This document shows positions 9,518 to 19,542 of a DNA stretch of 64,000 bases, one piece after another (the stretch's first letter is position 1; the number at the start of each line of letters is the position of its first letter). The notes under the pieces are model-generated. The model did not search any database and was not told the origin of the DNA. It saw nothing but the letters and a program-made list of their open reading frames with translations. This DNA is from Deltaproteobacteria bacterium. GTDB lineage: Bacteria; Myxococcota_A; Polyangia; Polyangiales; Houyiibacteriaceae. Position numbers and translations under genes: made by a program. The stretch is taken from NCBI GenBank assembly GCA_034670305.1, contig JAXMNT010000034.1:17439-81438 (forward strand). The letters are read 5' to 3'.

Positions 9518-11308
9518 CTACAGCGGGGTCGCTTCGATGGCGTGGACGGCGGTGCCGGAGGCGGCGACTTCGAGGAGCACGTTCACGCCGGGGACCGCGG
9601 CTTGGTAGTCGTGGCGGATCGCGGGATCGAGTTCGAAGGTGGTGCGCATCCAGCGCACGACTCCGTCTTCGTCGGCGGTGCGGGGGAGCGTGGCGCGCAG
9701 GTGGTACGCGGCCCCGTCCCACTCCCGGATCGTGGTCGCCGCACTGCTCCGATACGTCAGGCTCACGACGACGCGTCCGGTGTGCGTGCTCGGTAGGTCG
9801 ACGAGCAGGTTCGCGTTGAGCGCCGAGGAGGTGCGGGCCGGGAGCGTGAGTCCCGCGGCGAGGTTCGCGGGCGGGTTCCAGTCCACCGTGTAGAAGCGGG
9901 TGCCGCCGGTCTCGTCGGTCGGCAACGCGTCGTCGTCCGGCCCTGCCATCTGCCGCCACCGGGTGCCTTCGGCGAACGCTGCGGGCCGGCGCGCAAGCAG
10001 CATGGCGAGCGCGAGGGTGCGCGCGGAGTCGAGCGTAGCGCCGCTGAGTGCCCGTTCGAAGCGGCTGAGGTAGCTGGAGAAGAGGATCGAACACGCGGTG
10101 TCGAAGACCTCCGGGTCGGCACCAGGGATGTCCCCGTGGGCGCCGAATCCGATGACCGAGGCACGCGTCCAAGTCCACTCGCTCTCGCCGCCGCTCGTGC
10201 CGTCGACCCGCCCGTTGAGGCGCGCTGGGTTGCCGGCGAAGAGGTTGCCGAGGAGGGTTCGGGAGACCCCTTGGATCCGGTTCTCCGGCCACCAGCCGCG
10301 TCGGCCCGCGAGCGCCATGGCTTGGAGCGTGACCAGTGCGTGGGACGCGTCTTCCGCGCGCCGTGATCCGGCTGGGTAGCCGTCGTCCGCGTAGTTCCAT
10401 GCGTAGCCCGTCGTCGGGTTGCCGCGGAGCCGCGCCCACAAGAAGTCTGTGCTGCGCTCTGCTTGTTCTGCGTGCGCGCTCTCGCCGGTCGCCTCGGCGA
10501 GCGCGTCGTGCGCCATCGCGAGCAGCGCGCTCGTGTTGTGCACGGCGATCGCGTCGGCCGGCGCGGACGAGTACCACCAGTAGTCTCCGTCCGGCGTGCT
10601 CGTGAGGTGCGCGTCCCAGCGTCCGATGAGCGCGCGCGCGAAGGCGATCGTGTCGGCGGCGCGGGGGTCGCCGAGCGCTTGCAGTTCCCGCGCGACGGCT
10701 GCGACGCCGTACGCGACCATGCCCGACTGCCACACGTACGCAGTGAACGCGGGGTTGGTGCTGCCGTCGCCGAACGCGTCCCAGGCGGTGTCGAGACCGA
10801 AGGCCGGCGCCGCGCCCGTGGTGCGATCGGCCGCGCCTTCGAGCTCTGCGATCTCACCGAGCGCCAGATCCAGCAGCTCCGCGCGTTCGGGCAGCGTGTA
10901 CGCCCGAGCGGCCCGAAGCAGCTCCGCGATGGCTTGCAACAGGTAGCCCTGCGCCGCGCTGTGACCGTACGTCGCGCCGGTGTCGAGCGCGACGGCGTTG
11001 CTGCGCATGCTCGCGATCAACATCGGCAACGTGGACTCGTAAGGGCCGATCGCGAGGTCGGGAAACGGTGGCACTGGCGGCCCGGCGTCGCTTCCTGCAT
11101 CGACCTCGGCGTCCTCGACAGCGGCGTCGGTCACGCCGGCGTCGGGGGCGGCATCGTCGTTTGCGTCGATGACCGCAGCGTCGGCGAATGGTGCGTCGGC
11201 GAATGGTGCGTCGGGTGAGGCGTCGCGTGTGCTGGCGTCGCGCACGCCGATCGGATCGGAGCCGCACGCGACGAGAAGGACGAGGAGCAGACGCCGGAAG
11301 AACCGCAC
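9518..11308 (-). CDS. Lipoprotein with probable alpha/alpha-toroid (glycoside hydrolase/epimerase-like) domain
   Basis: Lipobox LVAC; DA-rich linker; helical repeats with WWYS, HNTSA and WNY aromatic motifs. Confidence 0.65.
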   Translation of the reverse strand: MRFFRRLLLVLLVACGSDPIGVRDASTRDASPDAPFADAPFADAAVIDANDDAAPDAGVTDAAVEDAEVDAGSDAGPPVPPFPDLAIGPYESTLPMLIASMRSNAVALDTGATYGHSAAQGYLLQAIAELLRAARAYTLPERAELLDLALGEIAELEGAADRTTGAAPAFGLDTAWDAFGDGSTNPAFTAYVWQSGMVAYGVAAVARELQALGDPRAADTIAFARALIGRWDAHLTSTPDGDYWWYSSAPADAIAVHNTSALLAMAHDALAEATGESAHAEQAERSTDFLWARLRGNPTTGYAWNYADDGYPAGSRRAEDASHALVTLQAMALAGRRGWWPENRIQGVSRTLLGNLFAGNPARLNGRVDGTSGGESEWTWTRASVIGFGAHGDIPGADPEVFDTACSILFSSYLSRFERALSGATLDSARTLALAMLLARRPAAFAEGTRWRQMAGPDDDALPTDETGGTRFYTVDWNPPANLAAGLTLPARTSSALNANLLVDLPSTHTGRVVVSLTYRSSAATTIREWDGAAYHLRATLPRTADEDGVVRWMRTTFELDPAIRHDYQAAVPGVNVLLEVAASGTAVHAIEATPL

Positions 11309-11363
11309 CGGCGAAGTGTACTGCGTTGAAGACGGCGCCGCCGCCGCCAGCGCGGGGAACCCG

Positions 11364-12050
11364 TCAACGCGGGACCGTCAACACGTAGGTCGTCAGCACC
11401 GTGGTCTCGGCGTCCGGCCCCGGGTTGAAGCGGAACCGACGCAGCTGGTTCCGCACACACTCGGCGAGGCCGGCGTTGCCCGATGTGTTCTCCACAACGT
11501 TCGACGACGCGACCCTACCGGTGGGCTCGAGGATCCATCGGACCACGAGCCGCCCCTCCACCCGTGGGTCCTGCCGCAGCTCTCGCTCGTGGCAGCGGCG
11601 CACCATGGCGATGCGCCGCCGGACCATTCGCTCCACGACGACGCGGTCGAAGGAGCTGCCGGAGAGGACCGAGTGCGCCTGCACCCGGGAGCGAAGCGCC
11701 ACGACATGTTGGTCGGCCGAGTTGCCGGGGTCAAAGGTCTGCCTGGCCGAGATGTCGACCGCGACGCCCGTCGCGTCGACGTCCAATACGCTGAGGGCGC
11801 CTTCCCGTTCGGTTCGTCGCTCGGGCCCCGCCGCGAGGACGTCGTCCTCGACCGGGTCCTCGGCTGGCGCCGCGGCGACTTCGGTCTCGTCCTCGGGCTC
11901 CGCCTGGACGTCGCGCGGCTCGACGTTCGGCTCGTCGCTGGGCGGCGGCTCGGGTTCGACCTCGGCGACGGGCGGCGCTTGCTGTGGGAGCGAAGCGGTC
12001 TCTCCGCAGGCGAGAAGCAGAAGGATGAAGAAGGGTACGCGCGACGCCAT
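11364..12050 (-). CDS. AgmX/PglI C-terminal (TonB-C-like) domain lipoprotein
   Basis: Lipobox LLAC; VRRCHERELRQDPRVEGRLVVRWILEPTGRV...LAECV..LRRFRF. Confidence 0.8.
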   Translation of the reverse strand: MASRVPFFILLLLACGETASLPQQAPPVAEVEPEPPPSDEPNVEPRDVQAEPEDETEVAAAPAEDPVEDDVLAAGPERRTEREGALSVLDVDATGVAVDISARQTFDPGNSADQHVVALRSRVQAHSVLSGSSFDRVVVERMVRRRIAMVRRCHERELRQDPRVEGRLVVRWILEPTGRVASSNVVENTSGNAGLAECVRNQLRRFRFNPGPDAETTVLTTYVLTVPR

Positions 12051-12130
12051 GACGAAGCGTCGCACGAACGGAGCGGGGTACGAACACACCTTCCGCGAGG
12101 GTCGACATCAGATCGCAGGCGACCTACCGG

Positions 12131-12305
12131 GTGCTGGCTTCGGGCATCGCAGTGCTGGCTTCGGGCATCGCAGTGCTGGCTTCGGGCATCGCAGTGCTGG
12201 CTTCGGGCATCGCAGTGCTGGCTTCGGGCATCGCAGTGCTGGCTGTGGGAATCGCAGTGCTGGCCTCCAGAACCGCAGGCGCTGGCCTCGGGAAACGCAG
12301 CGCTG
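12131..12305. repeat. 21-bp tandem repeat GTGCTGGCTTCGGGCATCGCA
   Basis: Five identical units followed by about three degenerate units. Confidence 0.9.
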
Positions 12306-12388
12306 CTTCTTGCTCAGCTCATCCAACGTCGTGGGTCGGGGTTCGATGGTCTGAGGCGCGGCCCAACGCAGCGCCGGCCGACAACAGC

Positions 12389-12622
12389 TCACCCGTGATC
12401 CGTTGGGTCCGCCCGGCGCGCTTGTTGATACGAGCGGCCGGAGAACCAAGCCGCGCTCAGCCAAGCTGCGGCACCCAGAATGCTTGTTGCGTACAAGGGA
12501 CCAGCCCACATCCTCGGGCTGAAGAACAAGCCGCGAATGAGGACGAGCACGCACGCCACTGCGACGAACGCTGACCTCATTGTGCAACGCTTCAGCCAGG
12601 CTTGCTCCTCCACCTCGTTCAT
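12389..12622 (-). CDS. Small membrane protein
   Basis: Two hydrophobic segments; GTG start. Confidence 0.45.
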   Translation of the reverse strand: MNEVEEQAWLKRCTMRSAFVAVACVLVLIRGLFFSPRMWAGPLYATSILGAAAWLSAAWFSGRSYQQARRADPTDHG

Positions 12623-12705
12623 CCACGAAGGCTACAAGAGCGCATCCTGTTCTCAAACCGTGTGAGACGGGCCGTGCGAGACAGGCGGACGCGACGCCGC
12701 GGTCC

Positions 12706-13674
12706 TCACCGCCAGTCCAGGCTCGACAGCGGCACTGCCTCCTCACCGAAGTGTTGGTTGATCGCTTCGGCGGGCGGGAGGTCGGGGTCGAGCCGCAGGG
12801 TGGCCAGGTTGTGGATGGCGCACGGAGGGGACTGGGTTCGGTCCTCGTGCCGAAGCGAGATCACCAGCACCGCGGACGACGCGCTCGAGTCCAGCGTCTG
12901 AATGCGCGCGTTCACACACGAGAGCCCGTCGCTGGTGACCCGGCACGGATGGGGCTCGGGCGGGTCCCCCGCCGTGCCGTGCGGATCGCGCACGAGCTGC
13001 TGCAGGGCGGCGCGGGCGGCGTTCTCGGCCGCGCTTGACGAGCCGTCCGAATCGGCCTCGGCCGGTGTCGTGGACGGGGGATGGCACTCGGGAGATGGAC
13101 GAAACAACTCACTCGGTCGTCCAGGTTCTCGGGGGTTGACCAAGCCGGTCGTTAAGCCCGCGACAATGTCCAAAAGGATGCCACGGAGTGAGATGCCCTG
13201 GCGGCAGTAGTCCGGGGGCGGAGGGGCTGGGCGCGGGCGCGACGGCGCGGGTGCAGGCTCGATCTCCAGCAGGTCGAACCACTCCTGGTCGTCGCAGCAA
13301 GAGCTCGACGCGTGCGTGGTCGGGCCGTGTTGGATGCGGCTCTCGATGTCGATCCGGTCGTAGGGCACTCGATCAACACGCATCGTTGTCACGACGACCA
13401 GCGCGTTCTCGTGGTCGAGGGCGGGCGGCAGGTAGGGCAGCGCTTGCTGGAGCTCGGCCCGCGTGAACGCGTGCATCCGGAACACGCCACCGGTCTCTTC
13501 GAGCAACGCCTCGCCGAGCAGCCCACGCTCTGCCTGTGACACCACGCGGCAGGCCGCCCGCGTGTCTCCCGCAGCCAGCAGACCCGCGATCGACGGAGAG
13601 GGTTCGGTCGCCGGCACCTGCGCGGCGGCACAGCCGCAGCACATGATCAAGACGAGGGAGCGCATCCGCGGCAT
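12706..13674 (-). CDS. Hypothetical exported protein
   Basis: Signal/lipobox-like N-terminus; starts 1 nt after the upstream gene's stop. Confidence 0.6.
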   Translation of the reverse strand: MPRMRSLVLIMCCGCAAAQVPATEPSPSIAGLLAAGDTRAACRVVSQAERGLLGEALLEETGGVFRMHAFTRAELQQALPYLPPALDHENALVVVTTMRVDRVPYDRIDIESRIQHGPTTHASSSCCDDQEWFDLLEIEPAPAPSRPRPAPPPPDYCRQGISLRGILLDIVAGLTTGLVNPREPGRPSELFRPSPECHPPSTTPAEADSDGSSSAAENAARAALQQLVRDPHGTAGDPPEPHPCRVTSDGLSCVNARIQTLDSSASSAVLVISLRHEDRTQSPPCAIHNLATLRLDPDLPPAEAINQHFGEEAVPLSSLDWR

Positions 13675-13675
13675 C

Positions 13676-14167
13676 CTAGTGCGCGAGTTCCACGGCGTAG
13701 CAATGCGTCAACTGCGCTTCGCGCACCGGGCCGTCGTCGGCGATCGCGTAGCCATCCCAGATCGACTCCCGCCGCGCGCGTAGGAGGGCCTCTCGGTCGA
13801 TGCTCGGAACATGGTCTGCGAAATGCTCTAGATCCTGCAGCCACATCTTCTTGATCAGCGCGAGGAGCCAGAGGCCCCCAGCCCACTCGTCGCCAGCGAT
13901 GTCTTCGGTGGCATGAACGCGGCCATGCATCTGGGCGAGTGCTTCTCGGATCGCTGGGTCGAATGCGGTGTCGGGAACGGCGTAGAAGGCCGGCTCGAGC
14001 CATTGGTCATGGTCGTGGTAGACGACCACCGACACCGGTACGCCGGCGTTGCGTACCTCGTCGCTGTGCGGCAGCCCCAGCTCGCCGAGCCAGTCGAGGA
14101 TCACCGCGTGCGATGTGGGATTCTGCGGCGGGTTCTGCAGCAATTCTCGTAGCGTCTCACTGTCCAC
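13676..14167 (-). CDS. Hypothetical protein
   Basis: GGAGG RBS before GTG; globular composition. Confidence 0.65.
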   Translation of the reverse strand: MDSETLRELLQNPPQNPTSHAVILDWLGELGLPHSDEVRNAGVPVSVVVYHDHDQWLEPAFYAVPDTAFDPAIREALAQMHGRVHATEDIAGDEWAGGLWLLALIKKMWLQDLEHFADHVPSIDREALLRARRESIWDGYAIADDGPVREAQLTHCYAVELAH

Positions 14168-14218
14168 CTGTCCTCCAATTCGTCACCTCTCGTCGCACGT
14201 TCAGCCTGCCGCACCAGA

Positions 14219-14875
14219 TCAGGGCCCGAAGATCGCGCACTCGATCTGCGCGTCCGGAGCGGCGGCTGCGATCGCGCAGAGCTCCGCGCGGACCTCGTCG
14301 TCGAAGTCGCCGTCCGTGACCCCGCAAAGGTAGTCGCAAGAATCCGCGCGACGACACTCGATGCGGCGCGCGAAGGACGCGATCGCGGCCGCGTCCCGGT
14401 CGCTGCCGGCCCCCTGGAGACAGATGCGTACGTCGTCGCAGTACATGGTCTCCGGCGGGCTCTCGCCCAGGCATCCAGGCAGCCCGGTGCACACGACCCG
14501 GCTCAGGTCGCATGCAGCCGCTTCACAGAGACATCCGCGCAACTCTTCCGGCTCGAAGGGCTCGATGCCCATCGGGGGCGGGGGCGCATCCGGAAAGATC
14601 GAGAACCCATCGCGCGGGTGCCGATGACAGACCGCACAGTCCGCACTCGCGAGGCCCAGGCACTCGGCTTCCGCCTCGCTGATTCGGAACGGCATGGGGC
14701 GCTCGAGCGAACACACACCGGTGTCGAGGAAGCCCCCGCCGTCCGGCGGGCCGCTGTCTTCTCGCGAGCCGGTGTCGCGACCGGACGCGTCCAACGCTTC
14801 CGCGTCGAACGTGCGCCCCACCACGTGATGCTCGGCACACGCGAGCGGGAGCAAGAGCAACACCAACCAGCGCAT
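14219..14875 (-). CDS. Cys-rich lipoprotein with one CxxCH motif
   Basis: Lipobox PLAC; DCAVCH. Confidence 0.65.
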   Translation of the reverse strand: MRWLVLLLLPLACAEHHVVGRTFDAEALDASGRDTGSREDSGPPDGGGFLDTGVCSLERPMPFRISEAEAECLGLASADCAVCHRHPRDGFSIFPDAPPPPMGIEPFEPEELRGCLCEAAACDLSRVVCTGLPGCLGESPPETMYCDDVRICLQGAGSDRDAAAIASFARRIECRRADSCDYLCGVTDGDFDDEVRAELCAIAAAAPDAQIECAIFGP

Positions 14876-15087
14876 CGACCGAAGCTAGCAGACCGACGTA
14901 CAGGCGGTGCGCTCTATCGGTGTGCGTTCCCCGCCGATGGTTGTGCGGCTTTGGCGACGACTGCGACGTGAAGGATGCGCAGATGGACGACGATTCGGGG
15001 TGAGGGCTCGGCGCCTCGTTCTGGACGGAGACCCAGCCGCGCTGAATACCGATCCATCGCGACGGCGAGTTCGCTACCCTGGGAAGC

Positions 15088-15978
15088 ATGGACGGTGGTG
15101 GCGAAGTAGATCCTGCGGAGTCGAAACGGTCGAAGTCGACCGAGTCGATGGAGCCAACCGAACCGGACTTGGGTGACGCGGAGACCGAGTCCATGCAGGA
15201 CCGACTCGAGGATCTCGGCGAGACGATCGACGAACTCGGCGACCGGGCGGGGGACGCGCTCGAGGTTGCAGGGACGAAGTCGCTCGCGGCCATGAAGGTG
15301 GCCCGCGCCAAGGCCAGCGACGCGCTCCAAGCCGGCGGGACCAAAGTCGCCGCAGCGGCCCAGAAGAGCGGCGACGCGATCGGAGAGGCCGCCAAGCGCG
15401 GCGCCGACGCTGCCAAGCGTGGGGCTCGGGCCGCCCAGGCGACGGCCGCCCGGACCAAAGCGCAGATCGAAGACGCGCTCGACGACGAAGAACTCTCCGC
15501 GCTCGAGCGCTCGCTCCGCGAAGGCGCCGACCTCCCGGAGCTCGGTGGCTCGAAGAGTCTGCTGACGCTCGCCGTCCGCCTCGACCGCGAAGGCGACTTC
15601 TGGCGCACGTGGGCGCTCGACCAGCGCCGCCGCGCCACCAACACCGACCGCGCGGTGATGACCTTCTTCTTCGGCGCCGGCCTGGCCGTGCTCGCGCTCG
15701 TCGGAGCCGGCTTCGTGGGCGTGCTCTTCGGCGGCACCACGCTCGTCCCGCGCACGTGGCTCGTGCTCGGATGCGGCGGCGCCCTCGCGCTGATCTCCGC
15801 CTTCGCAGCCCACGCCGGACGCCACATCCGTGCGGGTTACGAAGCAGGGGTCGACCGTGGCCTCGCCCGCGCAGCGCGGGCCGAAGCAGCGCTGCACCGC
15901 ATCGGCCTGCTGCTCGCACTCGCCGAGACCGACGAAGCCGCCTTCGCAGATCAGCTCCGCCGCGAACTCGATCGATAG
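15088..15978 (+). CDS. Membrane protein with Ala/Lys-rich helical N-terminus and two TM helices
   Basis: Strong GC3 codon bias; two hydrophobic segments. Confidence 0.7.
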   Translation: MDGGGEVDPAESKRSKSTESMEPTEPDLGDAETESMQDRLEDLGETIDELGDRAGDALEVAGTKSLAAMKVARAKASDALQAGGTKVAAAAQKSGDAIGEAAKRGADAAKRGARAAQATAARTKAQIEDALDDEELSALERSLREGADLPELGGSKSLLTLAVRLDREGDFWRTWALDQRRRATNTDRAVMTFFFGAGLAVLALVGAGFVGVLFGGTTLVPRTWLVLGCGGALALISAFAAHAGRHIRAGYEAGVDRGLARAARAEAALHRIGLLLALAETDEAAFADQLRRELDR

Positions 15979-16039
15979 ACCGAGACCGAGAAGCCTCGTA
16001 GCCCGGGCAACTGTGGGGCACCGCGCGATCAACCTTCCG

Positions 16040-16175
16040 ACGCTTGCGCGGTTGCACCCGTGCGCGCTTCGCCTGCGGTGGACACGGAACCTTCGAACTC
16101 CCAGCGGTGGATGGGCACGCACCCGCATGTGCTGTTCATGGATGGACGCGAGGCGCCGAAGATCTTTTGCAAGGG
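16040..16175 (+). pseudogene. Degenerate fragment of the RAYT transposase
   Basis: MGTHPHVLFMDGREAPKIFCKG at 16111 matches MGTHPHVLLTDVRGRAPRIFCRA at 38283, with nucleotide similarity. Confidence 0.7.
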
Positions 16176-16232
16176 TCCGGCGAGCGCTGCGTTGTTGCAT
16201 CTGGCGCTGAGCGTTTGCTGGCATGATGGGTC

Positions 16233-16799
16233 GTGGTTTTCAGGATTCTGTTTCCCTCGGTTCTGGTCGCCGTCTGGCTCGCACTCACGGTGCTGGTCCG
16301 ACATGAGGCGCTGGACGTGGGGGTCGCCTGTTTCGGGCTCCTCTACCTGCCGCTCCTGGTGCCTGCCCTCGTGGTCGTTCAGATGCGCGCCGACCGTCCC
16401 GACGCCAACGGCTTGGCCATGTGTGCACAGGCGCCGATGGCCCTCGTCCCGCTCTGGGCCGATCTCTCCACTGGCAACGTGGCGCTGCGCGGCTTGCTGG
16501 ACGCGCTGGCCGAGACGTTTGAACCGAAGCTGTTCGTGGGTGGCTTGTGCTTGATCGCGTGCGCGGTCGTTCCCGTCCTGCTGGCGCTCGCCACCGTGCG
16601 GCGTGCAAGCCGCGGCCATCGACTCGCGTGGCTCGGCCTCTACGTCGTGGTGTGGGTACCGGCGGTGGTGATCTTCGACGCGCGCATGTTCTTGGGCGGG
16701 GCGCTGACGTGCTGCGGCCTGTGGTGGTTCTCCACCGGCGCCCTTCTCCGCCTCATGGTCCTCGTCGCCATGATCCCGCTTGCGGTGAAGAAGGCGTAA
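16233..16799 (+). CDS. Polytopic membrane protein
   Basis: About 5-6 hydrophobic segments. Confidence 0.65.
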   Translation: MVFRILFPSVLVAVWLALTVLVRHEALDVGVACFGLLYLPLLVPALVVVQMRADRPDANGLAMCAQAPMALVPLWADLSTGNVALRGLLDALAETFEPKLFVGGLCLIACAVVPVLLALATVRRASRGHRLAWLGLYVVVWVPAVVIFDARMFLGGALTCCGLWWFSTGALLRLMVLVAMIPLAVKKA

Positions 16800-17029
16800 C
16801 CGACCCAGGCCTCGGCCAACGCCGATGGCCTTCTCGAACGGCAGCCGCACCCCCTGCTCCGCAACGACCTCGGCAACTGAAGTGGCGATCCGATCCCGTT
16901 CGAGGAATCGCCCAACGAGCCCAATGCTGAGTTGCAACGGAGCGTCGAAGGGGTCGACGGAGCGCGCCGGTGCTGTGGGAGTCGCAGTGCTGGCCGTGCG
17001 ATGCTCCCATCGTGACGACCGGGAACACC

Positions 17030-17542
17030 ATGGTGCGCAACGCGCTGATCTTGAGCATGTTCGCGGTCTCGACCGCGTCGGCAGACGCGATGTCGCTTCC
17101 GTCGCGCTGCGAAGAGCCTGGGTGGATCGTCGCGCACCACCAGCACGACGCGTGGTGTGAACCGGTGTCGTGCCGCACCGATGGCGACTGTCCGCACGGC
17201 GGGACCTGCGCACAAGTCGCTCGGTGCTGGCAACAAGCCGTCCCCGCGACGGGCGGGGACGGAGCGCGGCCAGGTGAACCGACCACGGTGTGGAGGGCTG
17301 TGCCGGGGCGCTGCTCGACGTCGTGTCCGGGCTCGCAGCGATGCCTTCGACAGAACGAGTGCGTCTACGAGGCACCAGGGCCTCATCCTGAGTTCCGCCA
17401 CGACGGCCCCCGGTTTCCAGTGGACCTGAGCAGCGAGGTGGAGAGCAGCGACGGTGGGAGTTGTTCTGCGGGTGGCCAAGGTGCCGGTGGAGTGGCTCTG
17501 TTCCTTCTGCACTGGCTGAACCGAAGACGCCGACGCCCCTGA
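17030..17542 (+). CDS. Cys-rich secreted protein with MYXO-CTERM-like tail
   Basis: Signal ending ASA-D; C-terminal GGSCSAG...ALFLLHWLNRRRRRP. Confidence 0.7.
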   Translation: MVRNALILSMFAVSTASADAMSLPSRCEEPGWIVAHHQHDAWCEPVSCRTDGDCPHGGTCAQVARCWQQAVPATGGDGARPGEPTTVWRAVPGRCSTSCPGSQRCLRQNECVYEAPGPHPEFRHDGPRFPVDLSSEVESSDGGSCSAGGQGAGGVALFLLHWLNRRRRRP

Positions 17543-17616
17543 ACGACCGCGCGCCTCAAAGCGAGCAACCGGCCCCGCACTCGACCGAAGAGGGCGCTCT
17601 CACTGGAGGCTCTCTC

Positions 17617-18351
17617 ATGTCTGTTCGCTTCTCGCTGGTTGTTGTCCTGTTCGTTTCCGCCTGCGCCGCGGACATCCCGCCTGGGGTCGAAGGGTTCCTC
17701 GACACCCAACGCGCCGCAGCGGACCAAGTTTGCCAATGCGCTTCCACGCTCGGCATGAGCGTATCCAGTTGCCTCGACCGGTTCGACTCCGCGACCTTCG
17801 AAGAAGCGTCCATGCACGACGCGGGCGCCCTCGATTGTTTGACCGAAGCGCTGGCAGTGGATCCCGACGCCGAGGCCGTGCTCGAATGCTACGCCGAAGC
17901 GTCTGCCCGACTCGCCGACTGCGCGGCTGGTAGCGGATGCGACGCGGTGGGACTGCAACGGTGCCTCGACCGCCAGGACCTCGACCGCGCCCGCTGTCCA
18001 GTCGTCAGCGCCGCGTTTCACGACACGCACCGGCGGTGCAGCCTTGGGCTCGAAGTCATGGCCGATCCCCTCTCCCCCTACCTCACGTCGGTGACCCACT
18101 ACTTGCGCGTGGTAAGCGACAATCTGACGATCGGCCTCGACTGGCAAGGGTGCGTGCGCCCGTATCTGGAAACGAACGTGCACGGCTTCGATCAACATGC
18201 GGCGTGCGCGGTGCCACTCTACCGGGACCTGAGCGACTGCATTCGAGAGGACCATCCGACGTGCTCGGTCTCGATTGAAGACATCGATGCGTGCCCTCCG
18301 ATGCACCCGGACTTGGAGGCGGCGATCGCACACTGCTGGCCGGCGCTCTGA
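17617..18351 (+). CDS. Cys-rich helical lipoprotein
   Basis: GGAGG RBS; lipobox VSAC. Confidence 0.7.
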   Translation: MSVRFSLVVVLFVSACAADIPPGVEGFLDTQRAAADQVCQCASTLGMSVSSCLDRFDSATFEEASMHDAGALDCLTEALAVDPDAEAVLECYAEASARLADCAAGSGCDAVGLQRCLDRQDLDRARCPVVSAAFHDTHRRCSLGLEVMADPLSPYLTSVTHYLRVVSDNLTIGLDWQGCVRPYLETNVHGFDQHAACAVPLYRDLSDCIREDHPTCSVSIEDIDACPPMHPDLEAAIAHCWPAL

Positions 18352-18418
18352 CCCTCAGCAAGGTCGAGGTCCCGACGACGAGTTCGTGCGCATCAGGCAC
18401 CTGTGACGAAGAGCTGGG

Positions 18419-18447
18419 TTGGCGGTGTACTATGAATCTAGTAATGT
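18419..18447 (+). promoter_or_regulatory. Putative sigma70 promoter with overlapping palindromic operator for parDE
   Basis: TTGGCG-N17-TAATGT; TACTA-N6-TAGTA dyad at 18428-18443; ATG 7 nt after the -10 suggests a leaderless mRNA. Confidence 0.5.
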
Positions 18448-18454
18448 GGGCTTG

Positions 18455-18700
18455 ATGGCCAAGACGACGAGCTTCGTGCTGGGTGACGACCTCAGTGAGT
18501 TCATCCAGGAACGGATCGAACAGGGCGAGTTCGCCTCCGTCAGCGAGGTCGTGCGGACTGCGCTCGAGGCGTTCGCCGAGCAGAGCCGCAGGGAAGCGGA
18601 ACTCTACGCGGCGCTGGACCAAGGACTCGCAAGCAAACGCGCCAAACCCGGCGTCTTCGCGCGGGTGCGTCGCCGGCACGGCATCCCCAAGACGAAGTGA
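18455..18700 (+). CDS. parD: ParD-family antitoxin (RHH)
   Basis: TSFVLGDDLSEFIQERIEQGEFASVSEVVRTAL; 4-nt overlap with the toxin gene. Confidence 0.9.
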   Translation: MAKTTSFVLGDDLSEFIQERIEQGEFASVSEVVRTALEAFAEQSRREAELYAALDQGLASKRAKPGVFARVRRRHGIPKTK

Positions 18701-18984
18701 AGGTTCACTACACGGTCCTGGCCGAGCGCGATCTCGACGAGGTGGCCGAGTACACCCGCGTGATGTGGGGCGAAGCGCAGCGCGACGCGTACATCGACAT
18801 GCTGCAGCACACGTGCGAATCGATCATCCCAGCGCATCGTCGGATCGCCAAACCCGTGCCCAAAAGACCAGGGCTCTGGCGGTGGCGCGCGGAACACCAC
18901 TACGTCTACTTCCGAGAAGTGGAAGACGGCATTGAAGTCGTCCGTGTGCTGCACGAACGACAAGACCCGCCACGACACCTGTAG
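18697..18984 (+). CDS. parE: ParE/RelE-family toxin
   Basis: AERDLDEVAEYT..WGEAQ...HYVYFR....IEVVRVLHERQD. Confidence 0.9.
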   Translation: MKVHYTVLAERDLDEVAEYTRVMWGEAQRDAYIDMLQHTCESIIPAHRRIAKPVPKRPGLWRWRAEHHYVYFREVEDGIEVVRVLHERQDPPRHL

Positions 18985-19120
18985 AGGACGACGTGAGCAC
19001 GGCCGGAAGATGCTCACCCATCACGACGGCAACCACGAGTACCCGGACGGAGCGCGCCAGAGATGCTGCGGCCTCTGGTGGTTCTCCACCAACGACCGTC
19101 ACCAGCCCCAGAAGATGTCG

Positions 19121-19169
19121 AAACCCCGTCCCGGTGACACCGCTGGCTCGCTTCGCGAGGCTGCACGCT
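19121..19169 (+). repeat. 49-bp dispersed REP-like repeat, copy 1
   Basis: Identical to 33719-33767. Confidence 0.9.
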
Positions 19170-19296
19170 CTCTCGCGCGCGAGGCTTCGGGCCCGCGCAG
19201 GAGCGAAGCGACGAGCAGGTCCGGAGCCGTTCCCGGCGGGTTCCAGGACGGCCGAAGGCGTCCGCACCCGTCGGGACGCCGCGAGAGACCAGACAA

Positions 19297-19542
19297 TATC
19301 GAGGCAGACGCAAGACACAGTTCGCCGCCTACCTGGCCGGCGCCGCATACAACCTCCTACGCGTCGCGCGGCTGCGGAGCTGCGCCGCGTAGCACCGACC
19401 GATGCCCGGCGGCTTCGTCCGCTGGGCATCGGGCTCCGATTCACGGCCTCGCCGTCGCGAAACACACGGCGTCCACGACGCGGGCAAGGGCACGGGCAAG
19501 GGCAACGGCAAGGGAGCAGGTCGCTTTTCAGCGACCTGCTAG
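19297..19542 (+). mobile_element. IS5-family remnant (transposase C-terminus plus terminal repeat)
   Basis: YRGRRKTQFAAYLAGAAYNLLRVARL..* at 19297-19392, then TTTTCAGCGACCTG-CTAG at 19525-19542. Confidence 0.7.

Noticed and set aside
12131-12305. CRISPR array or coding heptad repeat (VLASGIA)
   Set aside because: Contiguous units without spacers; open frames follow from a stop-free repeat
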